Assembly (NCBI RefSeq): GCF_018350175.1
Contig: NC_058378.1
Span: 83,948,001 to 84,012,000 of the forward strand
Length of the DNA stretch: 64,000 nt
Direction: 5' to 3'
DNA from: Felis catus
Taxonomy: Eukaryota
In this document: in pieces, positions 61,990 through 64,000 of the stretch
How positions within the stretch are numbered: position 1 is the stretch's first letter
How the letters are laid out: each line of letters begins with the position of its first letter
Made by a program: the position numbers and the translations under genes
The notes under the pieces: model-generated
What the model was told of the DNA's origin: nothing
The model's input: the letters and a program-made list of their open reading frames with translations, nothing else
Databases searched by the model: none

Positions 61990-62346
61990 ATCTGAGTTGG
62001 TTTAGGCGACTATAACAAAATTTCACAGATGGAGTGGCTTATAAAACAGAAATGTATTTCTCACAGTTCTGGAGGCTGGAAAGTCCAAGGTCAAGTACCA
62101 GTAGATTCGGTGTCTGCTGAGAGCCTCTTCCTGGTTCGTAGAGAGCCACCCTGTGTCCTCACACAGTAGAAGTTGCTAGAAGCTTTCTGGGGTCTTTTTT
62201 TATAAGGCACTAACCCCATTTGTGACTCCTCCACCCTCATGACCCTAACACCCCCCAAAGGTCCCAACTACTCACACCATCCCACTGGGAATTGGGTTCC
62301 AACATATGAATTTGGGGGGAATAAATATAAATATCAGTCCACTGCC
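61990..62346 (-). mobile_element. MaLR LTR (MLT1A/MLT1A0-like)
   Basis: ctataacaaaatttcacagatggagtggcttataaaacagaaatgtatttctcacagttctggaggctggaaagtccaagg...ttataaggcactaaccccatt...ccaacatatgaatttggggg. Confidence 0.92.
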
Positions 62347-64000
62347 GAAAGGGTTTTTGTTCTCTGTCTTGTTTGGGGCCCTGGGAGGGAGCTGCCAGGG
62401 ACATCCTGGTTCCAGTATCTATTCAGCACCAGCAGGAGCCAGAGAGGCCCCACCGCCAGACGCAGACAAGCTCACAGGGATGGCCACACTTGGAGAAGCA
62501 TGGTGCTCTGGAGACCACACGGACGGCAAGGTCACGGTCAAGGCCGTGAATCTTCTCCATCATGCCCCTCCGCAGACCCCTGGGTGGGAGGGAGAGGAGG
62601 AGGGGAGGGCAGCTTCGGAGAGATTGATTATTCTTCTCCTAGAGCTCTGGGAACAGCCTAAATTGCTCCTTTAAACCTCTTGGTCTGAATTGGCCTAAGA
62701 CTGGACTGGTTATTTAGTCACATTTCCCCCCCCCCCCCCCCACTAATCAGCATGAGAGGTGCGGTGAGCAAACAGGGTTACTTACAAATAAAAGGAGTCT
62801 ACGTTTCTCTTCACATGAATCGTAATGTGTCAAATTCCGCGAAAGCTTCACAGTCCAGCCAACTGTGGATCTGTTCCCTCTGCTTCCTTACTGACCGTGT
62901 GCAAACAGGACATGGAGGGGATTCTCTTAGGAAAACTGCCAGCACCCATAGAACTGGGGAACCAATGTTCTCTACGCTTGCAGCCAGAGGCGGGGGCTCC
63001 ACTGTGTCACCGAGTCTACAAGGAGAGAGGCGCTTAATGCAAATGCACCTTGAAAACAGCTGTGTGCCAGGCGCTGTGCTAGATTTGGCAAAAAGGGAAA
63101 GGCGGACCTTGAGGAACCAGAGGCCAGGGGGAGAGAAAGGCATCAGACAGGAGGCTCGGCCGGCTGGCCCTGTAAGACAGGGGTTTTCTTACGGTAGGGG
63201 AAAGAATTCGATTCATAAGTATATTATGTAGCATGATTTTCTTGGATTTATTGCATAGGTAGATATATTTATATAAATGTATTATTACTTTATTTCGAGA
63301 TGATTATTACAATTTCCTTTGCGTTATCTCTTCTGTTTCAAGACATAGATGTATATATGTATATACATGCATACACATATATGTATGTATGTGAACATGT
63401 GCATATATACATGTACACTGTTGTTTCTTTTTCTTCCTTTATTTTTGCTGCTTTGATCTAGTTCCCGGCCGCTGATGATTTGGACATTTGTTCTGCCTTG
63501 TATTTCACTGTCGGTCACCTGTGCTGGGCCTCTCACACTTGCCCCCAGCCTGTCTCCATCCCTGCGCCCTGTGTCCAGGGGCTGAGCTGGATGGACCACA
63601 TCATCAGGCTCCTTTGCTCCAGGGTTTCTGGTTAGCTCTGGGCAACCGGGGCTTTGGCTGGAAATCGGAAACTGGAGGGAGGGTGAGCACACTCAGCCCA
63701 TGGCTTCCCCCCACTCACCTGCAGCTGCCCAAAGGCAGTTTGAGCCTTTTGAGGAAAGACCTCAGCTCCTGCCAAGAAGCACCCTCCATACTTTGGAGAC
63801 TCTGTTCTCCCAGCTCTGCGTTTGGCTCTGTGTCCTGCTAACCCCACTCCCTCGTCCTTCACGTCCGGGCTGGGGAGCTGCACGGGAGTTACCGCTCCCT
63901 GGGGCACTGCAATATCCCTGCTTGTCCCTCATCGGACATTTCTCAAAGTTCCCATTTTGAGCATGCCCTCTGTTTCCGGCTGAGACTGGCTGCGAATCCC

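Overview
Non-coding mammalian DNA, almost certainly from a felid. The evidence is about 13 tRNA-derived Can-SINE copies of the feline type (SINEC_Fc-like) and carnivore L1 3' ends. I find no credible protein-coding exon, RNA gene or prokaryotic feature; the supplied ORFs are chance, repeat-derived or span N-runs. The window alternates between two kinds of sequence. The first is blocks of fossil transposons: L2, MIR, MLT1 and MER34-like LTRs, MER3/MER5 DNA elements, old L1M copies, and younger SINEs and L1s nested inside them. The second is repeat-free, AT-rich blocks rich in TAAT and octamer motifs, which look like conserved non-coding (enhancer-like) elements of an intron or gene desert near a developmental regulator. 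The locus cannot be named from the sequence. There are 11 N-runs of 132-317 nt, and about 8 of them fall inside the repeat-free blocks rather than in repeats. Most notable observations: this gap/CNE coincidence; a perfect 16-bp-stem hairpin at 59187-59239; a three-layer SINE-in-SINE-in-L1 nesting; an L1 insertion that deleted part of a MER3; and a strong CpG contrast between old L1 copies. I found no convincing evidence of a novel biological system. Repeat subfamily names are recalled from consensus sequences, not computed, and boundaries of ancient repeats are approximate.
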